Positions 20,542 to 30,408 of a stretch of DNA of 54,595 nt are shown here, piece by piece (within the stretch, counting starts at the first letter, position 1; every line of letters starts with the position of its first letter). The DNA comes from Chlamydiia bacterium (GTDB lineage Bacteria > Chlamydiota > Chlamydiia > Chlamydiales > JBMOFD01): positions 1-54,595 of the forward strand of contig JBMOFD010000002.1 in the NCBI GenBank assembly GCA_049314435.1. The letters run 5' to 3'. The notes beneath the pieces are model-generated. The model saw only the letters and a list, made by a program, of their open reading frames with translations. It ran no database searches and was not told the DNA's origin. Both the position numbers and the translations under genes were made by a program.

Positions 20542-21480
20542 ATGAGATTTTTCTTTGCCGGTTGCTGTTGCCTTTGCTCCACGGTCCTCTGCAGCACATC
20601 GCTTGGGGCGGTACCACGGTCCGATCCCACCCCCTACGTGAGCGCTCGGCTGGGAAGCCAATTGGGCAATCAGCTGTGGCTGATTGCCACAGCTCTAGCA
20701 ATTGCTTGGGATCATGGGGCTCAGCCGGTATTCCCCGACCTGCTGAGGAAAGACTATAATTTTCCTTTGAACCGAGAGAAAATCTTCTTTCGTCTGAGCA
20801 CCTTCCAGCCGCCTTTGATGCGCTGGAAGCGTTGTGGCATGGAGGGGTTGAAAAACGGGAGAGTGCTCTACGAGCCCTACACATATCAGCCGAACATGCA
20901 AATCGTCGATTGGGGCTGGGTCATCCATTATTTTGATCGCTATAAGAGCCGTCTGATCCAGACCTTTGCGCCCTCCAGGGAGGAGAATCAGGCGATTGAG
21001 GCGAAGTATGGAGAGCTCCTGCGAGCCAAGGACCTAGTGGGGGTGCATATTCGTGCCTATCGTCCGGACATGTTTGCCTTCATCGGCTTCGACTACATCA
21101 AAGAGGCTCTTGATCGCTTCTCAGACGACTGCACCTTCGCGATCTTTTCCTGTCGCATCGACTGGGCTCGCCATCACCTGAGAGGCTACAAGCCTAAGAT
21201 GGTCTTCATTGAAGGTAACGACCACGTTCGTGATTTCTTCCTGCTCAATAAGTGCAAGCACCACATCATCGGCAATTCGACCTATGGATTTTGGGCCGCC
21301 TACCTGAAAGACGACCCCGAGCAAAGAGTCATAGTTCCCGACTTTTACAACTATGGCACTGAGAGCTTTACCGTCGAAAAGGGATGCTATCCACCGAACT
21401 GGGAAGTCCTCCATGTGGAGAACCCCGTTCAGCAGCCGGATATTGCATCTTACCCAACCACCAGCATTCATGGAGGGTAG
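20542..21480 (+). CDS. Alpha-1,2-fucosyltransferase (GT11) with signal peptide
   Basis: GSQLGNQLW, VGVHIR, CKHHIIGNSTYGFWAAYL, VIVP. Confidence 0.88.
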   Translation: MRFFFAGCCCLCSTVLCSTSLGAVPRSDPTPYVSARLGSQLGNQLWLIATALAIAWDHGAQPVFPDLLRKDYNFPLNREKIFFRLSTFQPPLMRWKRCGMEGLKNGRVLYEPYTYQPNMQIVDWGWVIHYFDRYKSRLIQTFAPSREENQAIEAKYGELLRAKDLVGVHIRAYRPDMFAFIGFDYIKEALDRFSDDCTFAIFSCRIDWARHHLRGYKPKMVFIEGNDHVRDFFLLNKCKHHIIGNSTYGFWAAYLKDDPEQRVIVPDFYNYGTESFTVEKGCYPPNWEVLHVENPVQQPDIASYPTTSIHGG

Positions 21481-21629
21481 CCAACTCTTCCTTCCGGTGG
21501 CAAAAACAGGTCGCTAGTGCCATTCACGGTGCCGTCGCAGGCCTCTTTGCTTTGCAAGATCAGAGGTGCGGAGGAGGAGAAGGAAAGAATGAGTTAGACT
21601 GCTGACGAGTCGGTCAGAGGAAGCGAGTC

Positions 21630-22595
21630 ATGGGGCATGGGAGCAATATGGGAAGTTGTTTTGGTGATTCTGGCAAAAGGATCTGCATCGTTACCGCTAT
21701 GTTGCTCTGCAACCTCCCTCATATTGGAGGGGCTTCAGAGCATCTGCTGAGCTTTGTGATCCCTTGCTACAACGGGGCGCGCACCATCCGGGAAGCTGTT
21801 CGGAGTATTGTAGCCCAGCGTGCAGGCTTGAAAGTGCCCTTTGAAATTGTCTGCTGCGATGACGGTTCGACCGATGATTCCTGGAAGGTTTTGAACTCGT
21901 TGAGGAGGAGAATTCCTGAGCTACGGCTTTTGAGGCACCAGAAGAATCGAGGCGGGTCTGCGGCACGCAATACGGCCATTGCGCATGCCAAGGGGGATCT
22001 GATCTTCATGTTGGATGCCGATAACGCGCTATATGACTCAGTGCAAACGCTGATCGATGCTATGGATGCACGTGGGGCCGATGTGATGGCGCCGGGACAC
22101 GTGGTCTTTGCAGAACGGGGAGTGGGGGTAACCGGTCACTGGACCTATTCTGATGTGCCCTGCTTGTTTCGACTGGCCGATCTCCTTTGCTGGCCCGATA
22201 ATCCGGCTGCTGATGGTAACTATCTCTTCAGCAAGAGGTCCTGGCAGGTTTCCGGCGGCTATCCAGAAGGGAAGGTGCTAGACACCCTCATCTTTGGATA
22301 TCGCCAGGCGGCACATGGATTCTATCTCCATGTGCTATCAGACTTCCGGATCTGGCACTATGTAACGCCGAACAGCTACTACACGCGTGGGGCGGCCGCC
22401 GGATTGCTCGATCGTGAGTGGATTGAGGCGGTACACGTGTATCTGGATCGGCTCACACCGAGATCCCAGCAGCTCATCACCAACGCCGTCGAACATGGGT
22501 TCCCGTCAGGGTTTGACTATGTGGCGGCCATCTCATCGGGATATGCGGAATGCAGCGATCCCTCCGAGAGCGGAGAGGCCGCTGCGACCCTATAG
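21630..22595 (+). CDS. Glycosyltransferase family 2 with N-terminal hydrophobic segment
   Basis: SFVIPCYN, CDDGSTDDS, NRGGSAARN, FMLDADN (DxD). Confidence 0.9.
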   Translation: MGHGSNMGSCFGDSGKRICIVTAMLLCNLPHIGGASEHLLSFVIPCYNGARTIREAVRSIVAQRAGLKVPFEIVCCDDGSTDDSWKVLNSLRRRIPELRLLRHQKNRGGSAARNTAIAHAKGDLIFMLDADNALYDSVQTLIDAMDARGADVMAPGHVVFAERGVGVTGHWTYSDVPCLFRLADLLCWPDNPAADGNYLFSKRSWQVSGGYPEGKVLDTLIFGYRQAAHGFYLHVLSDFRIWHYVTPNSYYTRGAAAGLLDREWIEAVHVYLDRLTPRSQQLITNAVEHGFPSGFDYVAAISSGYAECSDPSESGEAAATL

Positions 22596-22611
22596 TGAGG
22601 GTTTGGCGTGC

Positions 22612-23412
22612 TTAGCGATATTGATACGAGCTAAGCTGCCAACGATAGATCATGAGGTAGGCATCCAGTGCAGCGGCCCTGAAGCTTCTATTGGCCAATA
22701 CTTTCATGTTGAACTGAATATCCTCGCCGATTCCTTTCGGTCCGACAGCTACGCTTCCGGGCCATTTCACCTTGTCGAACACGCGGCGTCGCAGCGCGAT
22801 ATCGCCATTATGCAGGAAGTCAAAGGCCTTCTCAATGGAGCGGTAGTTGCGAAAGTAGGTGCACTTGTTCTCGATCTCTCTTAGAGAATATTCCGGGAAG
22901 ACGGAATCCTGTTGAATCCACCGGTGGATCAGAAAGTCGATGTCATAGTTCTCAAAGAGATGCTTGATTGCGAGTAGCCGGCTGGGATGGGGGATGTCAT
23001 CTGCATCCTGGCAGATGAGCAGTTCGCCTGAACTGGCTTGGCATGCCGCATTACGGGCATCGCCAGGGAGGTCATTCGGGTCCTGCGCGATAGTGATCCG
23101 GAAAGACCAAGGTCCGCAGACCACCTCATTGTACAGGGTGTCGGGAATGAACTGTCGCTGCGAAGCAGTAAGGCCAATGACGACCTCATCGGGTAGAACG
23201 GGTCCCTGTTGATAGATCGCTAATAGGCTGGGCAGGCACTCGAAGTGCTTGTGGAAGCAGGGGATAATGATACTCGTCTTCAAGGAACGAGGCAGCGTCT
23301 TTCGCCTCAACGGGAATTGCCCTTCCCCTTGTGTGCGCGCCGCATCGGCGGGCGACACCACGAGGCCGCAGAGGAGGCCTAGGAGAATAGGAATACAGAA
23401 ATTACGGCTCAT
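22612..23412 (-). CDS. Glycosyltransferase family 2 with signal peptide
   Basis: SIIIPC, ARN, LICQDADDIPHPSR, GEDIQF. Confidence 0.88.
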   Translation of the reverse strand: MSRNFCIPILLGLLCGLVVSPADAARTQGEGQFPLRRKTLPRSLKTSIIIPCFHKHFECLPSLLAIYQQGPVLPDEVVIGLTASQRQFIPDTLYNEVVCGPWSFRITIAQDPNDLPGDARNAACQASSGELLICQDADDIPHPSRLLAIKHLFENYDIDFLIHRWIQQDSVFPEYSLREIENKCTYFRNYRSIEKAFDFLHNGDIALRRRVFDKVKWPGSVAVGPKGIGEDIQFNMKVLANRSFRAAALDAYLMIYRWQLSSYQYR

Positions 23413-23726
23413 AATGGGAAGGGAGTTGGGGTTTGGCGAGACACTTGTCCCAAGGGTCGGACCCGTGCTTGCTTCTCGGCATTAGGCTAGCGGGCATTGA
23501 GGATGTTGTCACCGTGCGGTCTCGACACGAGTCTCAGGCCCCTTCAGAGAGGCTGGACAGCTGTAGGCAGCCGCGCCCCGTTGCAAGCTCTGCGTCAAAG
23601 GCCGTTTTCATGGTGCCGTAGTAGAGGCGGTCTGTAGTTGTGGTGCCAAATGTTGGGGGGCAAGTAGCATCTGGACCTTCAGCATGAGTGGGTTGCGCAG
23701 TCTGCGTGCTCCTTTTGAGGTAAGCC

Positions 23727-24998
23727 ATGTTCGATGTCCTTCAGGTTCTACGTGAACGCGACTTATTGGAAGCAAGTTCCGATGAGGAGCTCTCCAAGGT
23801 GATTCAGACCCCCGTGGCCGTGTACTGTGGCATAGATCCGACTGCAGATAGCATGCATCTGGGGCATCTTCTCTTTGTCGTTGTTCTGCGCTGGTGGCAG
23901 CTGGCCGGCCATCGTCCTGTCATCATTGTGGGAGGGGCAACGGGCCGTGTAGGTGATCCGGGAGGCAAGTCTGTTGAGAGACCAGTTTTGGGTCTGGATG
24001 TGATTCGACACAATGTGGCCTGTCTGGAGGCTCAGCTGAAGCGGCTCATGCCTGCACAGGGGGCGTTGGTGCCCGTTGTCATTACGAACAACGCCGACTG
24101 GTTTGAGCCAATGGGGGTTCTAGACTTCCTACGCGACGTAGGGAAGTACTTTCGTATAGGTCAGATGATCGCCAAAGAGAGCGTGCGCACTCGACTCCAG
24201 AGTGAAGAGGGCATCAGCTATACAGAATTCAGCTACCAGATCCTCCAGGCCTATGACTTTCTCTATTTGCTGAGGCACTTTGATGTGCAGGTGCAGATTG
24301 GAGGAAGTGATCAGTGGGGGAATATCACCGCTGGGATCGATCTGGTGCGTCGGCTGGAAGCGAAAGAGGTATATGGGGTGACCTTCCCGCTTCTCCTGCG
24401 TTCGGACGGCAAGAAGTTTGGGAAGTCAGAAGATGGGGCCGTCTGGCTCGATACCGATAAGGTCTCGCCATATCAGTTCTACCAATACCTGTTGAGAGTG
24501 CCCGATGCGGATGTGGTGCTCATGTTGAAGCGACTGACGTTCTTGCCCTTGCCTGAGGTTGAGGCGATCTCTTTGGCGATGGGACGGTCGGACTATGTGC
24601 CCTTTTCGGCTCAAAAGGTGCTGGCGGAGGAGATCACTCGATTCGTGCACGGTGAGGCTGGACTAGTACAGGCGCAGCTTGTGACATCACAGGCCGCTCC
24701 TGGTGGCGAGACACAATTGGATGAAGCGACACTCGAGGTACTTGCAGAGAATTTAGGTGTGCTGCGAAGAGAAGAGAAGGAACTTGTCGGATGTAAGGTG
24801 GGTGCCCTCCTCGTCGATTTGAAGCTGGCCTCCTCAAAAGGAGAGGCGCGGCGACTGATCTTGAACGGGGGCGTGAGTCTCAATAATCAGAAGGTGGAGG
24901 ATGCCGAGAGCATCCTGAAGCTTGAGGATTTTGTGGCTGGGCGGTTCGCCCTCTTTGCCGTAGGCAAGCGTAAGAAAGCTGTGGTAGAGCGAATTTGA
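23727..24998 (+). CDS. tyrS: Tyrosine--tRNA ligase
   Basis: YCGIDPTADSMHLGH, QIGGSDQWGNI, KFGKS, C-terminal S4 domain. Confidence 0.98.
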   Translation: MFDVLQVLRERDLLEASSDEELSKVIQTPVAVYCGIDPTADSMHLGHLLFVVVLRWWQLAGHRPVIIVGGATGRVGDPGGKSVERPVLGLDVIRHNVACLEAQLKRLMPAQGALVPVVITNNADWFEPMGVLDFLRDVGKYFRIGQMIAKESVRTRLQSEEGISYTEFSYQILQAYDFLYLLRHFDVQVQIGGSDQWGNITAGIDLVRRLEAKEVYGVTFPLLLRSDGKKFGKSEDGAVWLDTDKVSPYQFYQYLLRVPDADVVLMLKRLTFLPLPEVEAISLAMGRSDYVPFSAQKVLAEEITRFVHGEAGLVQAQLVTSQAAPGGETQLDEATLEVLAENLGVLRREEKELVGCKVGALLVDLKLASSKGEARRLILNGGVSLNNQKVEDAESILKLEDFVAGRFALFAVGKRKKAVVERI

Positions 24999-25085
24999 GA
25001 GACGAACGGTGGGCGGTCCCAAAGGGGCTGTTGGATACCGAGTCGGGCGCTTAGATCGCCGGGTGAGTGAATGAGGATGGCGTGA

Positions 25086-25454
25086 ATGGGTACGGTGACA
25101 AAGAAAAAGCTAATCCAGACGATTTCGCAGTCAAAGGGAGTGCATCCTAATGACGTGCGAGCAATCATCCAGGCTTTTCTGGATGCCATGACGGAGAGCT
25201 TGGCAGATGGAGAGCGTCTGGAGTTCCGCGATTTTGGTGTCTTCGAGCTGGTCCAACGTAAGCAGAAGATTGGTCGCAATCCAAAGAATGCTAGCGTGCC
25301 GATTGTGATCCCCGAAAGAACCGTCGTGAAATTCACACCCGGAAAGAAGATGCGAGCACGCATCGATGCGGATGAAGCTAATACGGCTGCCAAAGTCGGG
25401 AAGCTCCTTCGTGGAGCGAAAGAAGAGCGCGTTCCGTCCAAGCCGAGTGTCTAA
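25086..25454 (+). CDS. ihfA: Integration host factor / HU-family DNA-binding protein
   Basis: TKKKLI, RLEFRDFGVF, RKQKIGRNPKN, VVKFTPGKKM (chlamydial IHF pattern). Confidence 0.92.
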   Translation: MGTVTKKKLIQTISQSKGVHPNDVRAIIQAFLDAMTESLADGERLEFRDFGVFELVQRKQKIGRNPKNASVPIVIPERTVVKFTPGKKMRARIDADEANTAAKVGKLLRGAKEERVPSKPSV

Positions 25455-25498
25455 GGATCGAGAGCGTCCTTGCAAGGCTATAGGGAAATGGAAGGTGG

Positions 25499-26434
25499 GT
25501 GAGCGTGCTGCTATCACATGAAATGCCCATCGCAGAGCTCGCCGCGGAGTTGGATCTGGCCCGACAGAGCGGGGAAGCCGACCGTGTCCGGGAGCTTGAA
25601 CAGCGGCTGGTGGCTCTACGTGCCGAGACGTATAGCTCTTTGACCTTGGCGCAGCGTTTGGCGATCTGTCGCCATCCACAGAGACCGCGTTCTCGCGCTA
25701 TTTTGCAGGCCATTGCGACCGACATGCAGGAGCTGGCTGGCGATCGGCAGTTCGGCGAGGATTGTGCCTTGATTGGAGCCCTTGTCACCATCGGGGGAAG
25801 GCGTGTCCTGGTCCTCGCTCAAGAGCGTGGGCATACCACCGAGCAGAGGATCCAGAGTCGGTTCGGGATGATGAACCCAGAGGGATACCGCAAGGCGGTG
25901 CGCCTCATGGACATGGCTGCCAAGTTCGACCTCCCCATCATCACTCTGATTGACACGCCTGGCGCCTATGCGGGCCTTGAAGCTGAGGAGAGGGGGCAGG
26001 GATGGGCCATCGCCCGGAGCCTGGCTACCATGATCCAGCATCCCACCCCTATTGTGAGTTTGATCCTTGGCGATGGATGTAGCGGTGGAGCCCTTGGGCT
26101 AGCCATTGCCGATCGTCTGGCCATTTTAGAGAATGGATACTACTCAGTGATTTCGCCCGAGGGATGCGCATCCATTCTGTGGAGAGATCCTAAAAAGGCT
26201 GTGGTTGCGGGGGAGGCCCTTCAACTACAGGCTCAAGACCTTCTGGCGGCGGGGCTGGTCGACACCATTCTCCCTGAGCCCGAAGGGGGCTCCCACCGAG
26301 ATCCGCAGGTTGTGATGAAGGTCATCCAAGCTCACCTGGAGAGTGTGCTCTCCGAGCTAGAGAGTTGTTCTAAAGAGGAATTGCTCGAAGCGCGTTATCA
26401 GCGCCACCGATATATTGGATGGCAGCGCGACTGA
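25499..26434 (+). CDS. accA: Acetyl-CoA carboxylase carboxyltransferase alpha subunit
   Basis: RHPQRP, PEGYRKA, IDTPGAY, AEERGQ, GCSGGA, YSVISPEGCASILW. Confidence 0.97.
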   Translation: MSVLLSHEMPIAELAAELDLARQSGEADRVRELEQRLVALRAETYSSLTLAQRLAICRHPQRPRSRAILQAIATDMQELAGDRQFGEDCALIGALVTIGGRRVLVLAQERGHTTEQRIQSRFGMMNPEGYRKAVRLMDMAAKFDLPIITLIDTPGAYAGLEAEERGQGWAIARSLATMIQHPTPIVSLILGDGCSGGALGLAIADRLAILENGYYSVISPEGCASILWRDPKKAVVAGEALQLQAQDLLAAGLVDTILPEPEGGSHRDPQVVMKVIQAHLESVLSELESCSKEELLEARYQRHRYIGWQRD

Positions 26435-26471
26435 GGATTCCCCTGTGCAACAGATCGCCGGCTAATAATTT

Positions 26472-28391
26472 ATGAAGAAACTCTGGCATCTGCTCTTCCT
26501 TTGGCCCTCAGCGCGTTGGCGTCTCCTTGTAGCGGCTGTCGGCATCTTGGGATTGTCCATGGCAACCCAGCTGGAGGTATGTGCCCTCGGGTTTTTAGGC
26601 GATCAGTCCATTGATCTCTTCAGACTCTTTCGGGCAGGCCCCGATGGACTTTCGTGGGAACAGATCCAGCAGCAGTGGAGTCAGCTAGCTCCTCAAGGAC
26701 TGTTAACCCGCGCTGAGGCCCTGCAGCACCTGTCACTGCAAGCCGATGGGAATCCCCTTAAGGCGATCCTGCAGAATGTCAGAGACTGGATGCAGATCGA
26801 TGTGAGCTTCGAGATGCTTTTGTCGACGCTAGTCCTTCTTGCTCTCTTTAAGGCCTCCACGCAGTTCCTCGCCCGCTGGACTATACAGATTCTAAGCATC
26901 CGAACGGCTGCTGACCTAAGAGAACGCTGCTTTGGATCCCTTATGCAGCAGCCGATGAGCGGTCTTCATGACAGCATGGTGGGTGGTCTTAGTTCCCGTG
27001 TGATGAACGATGTGACAGGAGTCGCTGCAGCATGGCCCAGCCTTCTCCATAACTGGATCCAAGCTCCCATCGTGGTAGCTATGAGCTTCTTCATGTGCTG
27101 GCGCCTATCTTGGCAGCTCTCCTTGCTGGTCTTTGCTGGATGCCCACTTGTCCTGGGTCCCGTGCTCTGGCTCTCTCAGCGATTGAAGCGTACCCAGCGC
27201 GCGGTCCTCCAGGGCCAAGAGAGGTTTCTGGGAGCGCTCGTCGATTGGCTCAACGGTTTGCCGACCATCCGCATCTTCAACCTCGAGCGCTACGCGAATA
27301 AACATTATCAGACAGACAATGACAGATTGGTGGGGTTGGAGGTGCGTAGTGCGCTCTATGCGCAATTAGGTCGCCCGATTCTACATGTCGTAGCGACCTG
27401 TCTGATCGCGGGTGTGGGGTTGTATGGCCTATGGGGACTGGGGCTCTCGTTTGGCACTTTGGTCGTCTTCTGTGGAATGCTCTATCTCCTCTACGAGCCT
27501 GTAAAACGATACGCTGAGGAAAACCACACCGTACAGAGAGCCTGTGCAGCGGCTGAGAGACTCAGCTCCCTTACAGACAGAGTGGCTCAGGCTGATGAAG
27601 AGGCTTCTCGTAAGGGGGTGGCACAGTCCCTGCAGAATGGAGTGCAATTCAATCAGGTCTCCTTTAGCTACAGGCCGGAGCAGCCAGTCTTGAAGAGCTG
27701 CTCGCTGGTGATCCCTCGTGGTGAGCTGGTGGCCTTAGTAGGGCCTACAGGATCGGGGAAGAGCTCGTTGGTCCAACTGATTCTAGGGCTATATCATCCC
27801 GATCGGGGTGAGATTCTCTGGGATGGAAGCGATCTGCAGACGGTCGATCCGGCCAGTGTTCGTCAGCAGATCGGTTTTGTTCCTCAGAGGCCCTTCGTCT
27901 TTCAAACGACCGTACGAGAGAACATCGCTTTTGGCCAGACGCTACCTCAAGAGGAGATCGAGCGAGCTGCTCGTCAAGCCCACGCTCATGAGTTCATTCA
28001 AGAGCTTCCTCATGGATATGACACCGTCCTAGGGGAGGGAGGCAAGTCTCTTAGTGGAGGACAGCTTCAGCGACTGGCCATCGCACGCGCGTTAGTGAAG
28101 CCAAGCTCACTGCTCATTTTGGACGAAGCGACTTCCGCGCTCGATGCGGTCAGCGAGAGTCTCATCCGGCAGACGCTTCATGAGCTGAGAGGAGAGAAGA
28201 CCCTCCTCGTGATCGCCCACCGGCTGTCGACGATTGCCGATGCCGATCGGATCCTCGTACTTCATGAGGGAAGTGTGGTCGCGCAGGGCTCGCTAAGCCG
28301 CCTGCTTCAGGAATCACCGCTCTTTGCCGCCATGTGGGAGGCGAGCCAGTTGCAAGCAGCGGACGACGTCCAAGCGACGCAGAAGCGGTAG
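26472..28391 (+). CDS. msbA: ABC exporter, MsbA-like (TMD + NBD)
   Basis: Walker A GPTGSGKS, LSGGQLQR, LDEATSALD, IAHRLST; chlamydial synteny with accA. Confidence 0.85.
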   Translation: MKKLWHLLFLWPSARWRLLVAAVGILGLSMATQLEVCALGFLGDQSIDLFRLFRAGPDGLSWEQIQQQWSQLAPQGLLTRAEALQHLSLQADGNPLKAILQNVRDWMQIDVSFEMLLSTLVLLALFKASTQFLARWTIQILSIRTAADLRERCFGSLMQQPMSGLHDSMVGGLSSRVMNDVTGVAAAWPSLLHNWIQAPIVVAMSFFMCWRLSWQLSLLVFAGCPLVLGPVLWLSQRLKRTQRAVLQGQERFLGALVDWLNGLPTIRIFNLERYANKHYQTDNDRLVGLEVRSALYAQLGRPILHVVATCLIAGVGLYGLWGLGLSFGTLVVFCGMLYLLYEPVKRYAEENHTVQRACAAAERLSSLTDRVAQADEEASRKGVAQSLQNGVQFNQVSFSYRPEQPVLKSCSLVIPRGELVALVGPTGSGKSSLVQLILGLYHPDRGEILWDGSDLQTVDPASVRQQIGFVPQRPFVFQTTVRENIAFGQTLPQEEIERAARQAHAHEFIQELPHGYDTVLGEGGKSLSGGQLQRLAIARALVKPSSLLILDEATSALDAVSESLIRQTLHELRGEKTLLVIAHRLSTIADADRILVLHEGSVVAQGSLSRLLQESPLFAAMWEASQLQAADDVQATQKR

Positions 28392-28427
28392 GACCTAGGC
28401 GTATAGTCTGTCGGCCCGGGTCCTCCA

Positions 28428-28484
28428 AGGCTTAACGTTACATGAAAATTGGAAAAAATCCAATTTTCATGTAACGTTAAGCCT
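28428..28484. promoter_or_regulatory. Perfect palindrome (26-bp arms, A5 loop); AbiEi operator
   Basis: AGGCTTAACGTTACATGAAAATTGGA-AAAAA-TCCAATTTTCATGTAACGTTAAGCCT, 12 bp before the ATG at 28497. Confidence 0.85.
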
Positions 28485-28496
28485 GAGGGATCGATT

Positions 28497-29123
28497 ATGT
28501 TTTTGCCTAAGCTCCCCGGTGGACTGCCCTACCTGACCGCAGATAATCTACAGGTTCTGCTGCAGGATCATAAAAGAATATTGAATGCTACAAGCTATCT
28601 GGTTGAGCGTGGACAGCTAATTCGCCTCAAGCGAGGTTTCTTTGTATTAGCGCACCACCCGCTGACTGAGGCGGGGACTTTGCCCATGGCGACCATTGCC
28701 AATCTGCTGTATGGACCGTCTTATGTCAGCAAGCAATGGATTCTCTCCTATAGAGGGGTGATTCCGGAATTTGCATCGACCCTCACCAGCATGAGCCTGC
28801 CTCGAGGGAAATTGTTCGACACTCCGATAGGTCGCTTTGACTACTGCTATCTCAATCGCAAGGTTTTTCACCTCGGTCTCTTGACCGAGTCGATCGACGG
28901 GTTCTCGGCTCGTGTAGCCACCAATGAAAAGGCGCTCTTGGACTGGTTAGCGAAACTTCCTCCACTAGGGACTTTGGCCGCGGTGGAGCAAGAGCTGGTA
29001 GAATCGATGCGCATCGAACCTGAGCGGCTTAGATCGCTGGATAAGGGGCTTGTAGAGCAGATTGCCATGGCCTCGCCTCGCCCGAATGCCACACTTTTCT
29101 CCAGGTATCTCCATGGCCTCTAA
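28497..29123 (+). CDS. Type IV TA antitoxin, AbiEi-like transcriptional regulator
   Basis: GQLIRLKRGFF, IANLLYGPSYVS..LSY.G.IPE, ATNEKALLD. Confidence 0.85.
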   Translation: MFLPKLPGGLPYLTADNLQVLLQDHKRILNATSYLVERGQLIRLKRGFFVLAHHPLTEAGTLPMATIANLLYGPSYVSKQWILSYRGVIPEFASTLTSMSLPRGKLFDTPIGRFDYCYLNRKVFHLGLLTESIDGFSARVATNEKALLDWLAKLPPLGTLAAVEQELVESMRIEPERLRSLDKGLVEQIAMASPRPNATLFSRYLHGL

Positions 29124-29940
29124 CACGTTTCAGATGCGACTGCAATTGGCAGAGAAATTGCAAGGGGCGGCTCTGCTGGGTTTGCAGCGGCATGGGTGGT
29201 TTCACCGCTGCGCCTTCTATGGTGGCACCGCTCTGCGCATTTTGCATGGACTGCCTAGATATTCGGAGGACCTCGATTTCACACTGCTGGCGCCCGACCC
29301 GTTGTTCAACATCGAGGAAGGTATTCAAGGTCTCCAAGAGGAGCTTATCTCGATGGGTGTGGAGTGCCAGGTCGAGCCTCGCAGCAAAAACATACCTACG
29401 GCCATCGAGTCAGCTTTTGTAAAAGCCAACACAATGAAGTTGCTACTGCACTTCAGTCCTGCGCAATCGACCTCGACGGTGCATCCTCAGCAGCTTACTC
29501 AGGTTAAGCTGGAGGTGGACACCGATCCGCCACAGATCTTCTCACCCACATTGGCACTTGTGGGCGGTCCCGTGCCCTTTTCAATCACGACGCTTCCGCT
29601 ACCTGTTATGATGGCTGGGAAGGTGCATGCCGCTCTTTGCCGGGCTTGGCAGAAACGTGTAAAAGGCCGCGATTGGTACGACCTGATCTGGTATGTCGGT
29701 CAGAAAATACCACTCAATCTGCGCGCTCTTGAGGCGCGGTTGCGCCAGACAGGCCATCTTGATCCATCAGCTCAATTAGATGAACGAAGAGCCAAGGAGC
29801 TCCTATTGGAGAAATCTGCTTCCTTGAATTGGGCCGCCGCTGTGGCTGATGTAGCTCCATTCTTGCTTGATCCTCGACAAATCGAAGTTATGACCCCTCA
29901 AGTGGCTGAGCGGGCCGTAGATCGCTTGGTCTTTGAATAG
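29113..29940 (+). CDS. Type IV TA toxin, AbiEii/AbiGii nucleotidyltransferase
   Basis: FYGGTALRILHGLPRYSEDLDF, KLEVD, GKVHA, KGRDWYD; overlaps the antitoxin stop. Confidence 0.9.
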   Translation: MASNTFQMRLQLAEKLQGAALLGLQRHGWFHRCAFYGGTALRILHGLPRYSEDLDFTLLAPDPLFNIEEGIQGLQEELISMGVECQVEPRSKNIPTAIESAFVKANTMKLLLHFSPAQSTSTVHPQQLTQVKLEVDTDPPQIFSPTLALVGGPVPFSITTLPLPVMMAGKVHAALCRAWQKRVKGRDWYDLIWYVGQKIPLNLRALEARLRQTGHLDPSAQLDERRAKELLLEKSASLNWAAAVADVAPFLLDPRQIEVMTPQVAERAVDRLVFE

Positions 29941-29944
29941 AGAG

Positions 29945-29997
29945 CCTCTTTGATGCGCGAAAATTGGAAAAATTCCGCTTTTCCTGCAACAAAGAGG
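29945..29997. repeat. Imperfect palindrome, degenerate copy of the 28428 operator core
   Basis: 29959-29990 matches 28444-28475 at 27 of 32 nt; outer arms CCTCTTTG/CAAAGAGG. Confidence 0.7.
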
Positions 29998-30252
29998 TCG
30001 AGCCTTAGACGGTGAGTCTTTGCTGGAGCTCCTCGTGGCATGGTCTGCATGACGGCGCGCACACATCGGTCACGGAAGGCAAAGGTTTACAGTTCGTCAT
30101 TCTTTCCTTCCAACAGGTCGCCTCCTCTGACATGATCTTGCCAAGAGAATGGAGCGTTGCGGTATACCTATGCGCCTAGCTCGCTGGAAGAAGGCTCGTG
30201 TCAGTGGCGCGCGCCTATCGGGCAGAAACGTCTGCAAACAAGGAGAACTGCA

Positions 30253-30408
30253 ATGCGTTGGTTGTGGCTGGGTGTCCTTCTAGGTGTAGGCTGCACCCAT
30301 GGCATGGATGAAGATTATACAGAGTTGCCTGCGACGAATAACCCGTATATTATCCAGGACCCCCACCCGTTTGGGTCATTCTCTACTACAGGGCGTCCTT
30401 CACCATGA
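30253..30408 (+). CDS. Small lipoprotein
   Basis: AGGAG RBS, MRWLWLGVLLGVGC lipobox-like, TNNP motif; stop overlaps the next ATG. Confidence 0.65.
   Translation: MRWLWLGVLLGVGCTHGMDEDYTELPATNNPYIIQDPHPFGSFSTTGRPSP

Noticed and set aside
23413..23726. tRNA or T-box leader upstream of tyrS
   Set aside because: No cloverleaf or T-box consensus found.
28449..28496. TTG-start extension of the antitoxin
   Set aside because: It lies within the operator palindrome; the ATG at 28497 fits better.
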